From Tubulanus polymorphus (taxonomy: Eukaryota > Animalia > Nemertea), in assembly GCF_964204645.1 (NCBI RefSeq), contig NC_134029.1, positions 2,170,001-2,234,000 of the forward strand: a stretch of DNA of 64,000 nt, given 5' to 3'. The notes under the pieces are model-generated. The model was not told where the DNA came from and did not search any database. It saw only the letters and a list, made by a program, of their open reading frames with translations. This document shows, one piece after another, positions 63,591 to 64,000 of the stretch (position 1 is its first letter; each line of letters starts with the position of its first letter). The position numbers were made by a program, and so were the translations under genes.

Positions 63591-64000
63591 GTGAGTGATA
63601 AATAAAACGATCCACGAACTACTGCTATTTGTCTTCAGTTGTCACTCGGTTCCGTTTGAATCGGGATTCTCTATGTACCCTCCTCGCACCAGCTTCCCTC
63701 GCCTCGCTCCCTAAAATTTAAAAACGCATTTCTAGAGCTACGGCGTCGTATCGGAAAAACAAAATGGCGGCTTTTTGAACCGCAAAAACTTCCATAGAGG
63801 ATTGATTTGTGGGATGTTATCTTATGCAGCATTATCTAATTTAGTGTGCAAGATGTCAGTAAGGTCAAGATGTGAACCAAATTCAGATTGGTGCCAGCAT
63901 TTCAATCTGGCTTTGTTGGGAGAGTGCTGTGCACGCTACCGTGTCTGGTGCTTTTGTGTTGGGATACCAATATTCGCCTTTTATTACTTCAAGTTTTCTA

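Overview
AT-rich, gene-dense animal genomic DNA with short spliceosomal introns, probably from a marine invertebrate (lineage not determinable from this window). Hand-splicing supports 15 protein-coding loci, in order: an unrecognised two-exon secreted peptide precursor (-), PGPEP1 (-), PDE8 (+), ubiquilin (-), MCM9 (+), a Ly6/three-finger GPI protein (-), LRRC51 (+), KRTCAP2 (+), a C-factor/sniffer-like SDR (-), an orphan class A GPCR (-), an EPHX3/4-like hydrolase (+), DAP3 (-), TTC29 (-), a folate-receptor-family gene (-) and the first coding exon of SUB1/PC4 (+). The most interesting items are: (1) a candidate novel disulfide-looped, amidated peptide precursor (…C-x11-C-IKLRPW-GR) that the ORF track misses because it is split by an intron; (2) a 123-bp palindromic insertion downstream of the PDE8 stop, flanked by a 12-bp direct repeat, with a minimal Penelope-type hammerhead ribozyme on each strand; (3) U12-type introns in KRTCAP2 and probably DAP3; (4) isolated Pol III B-boxes, an identical ETS 12-mer and RFX/forkhead motifs at promoters; (5) a 28-bp intronic minisatellite made of 5' splice-site-like motifs. 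All calls come from reading the sequence by eye and recalling homologues; no database searches were run.
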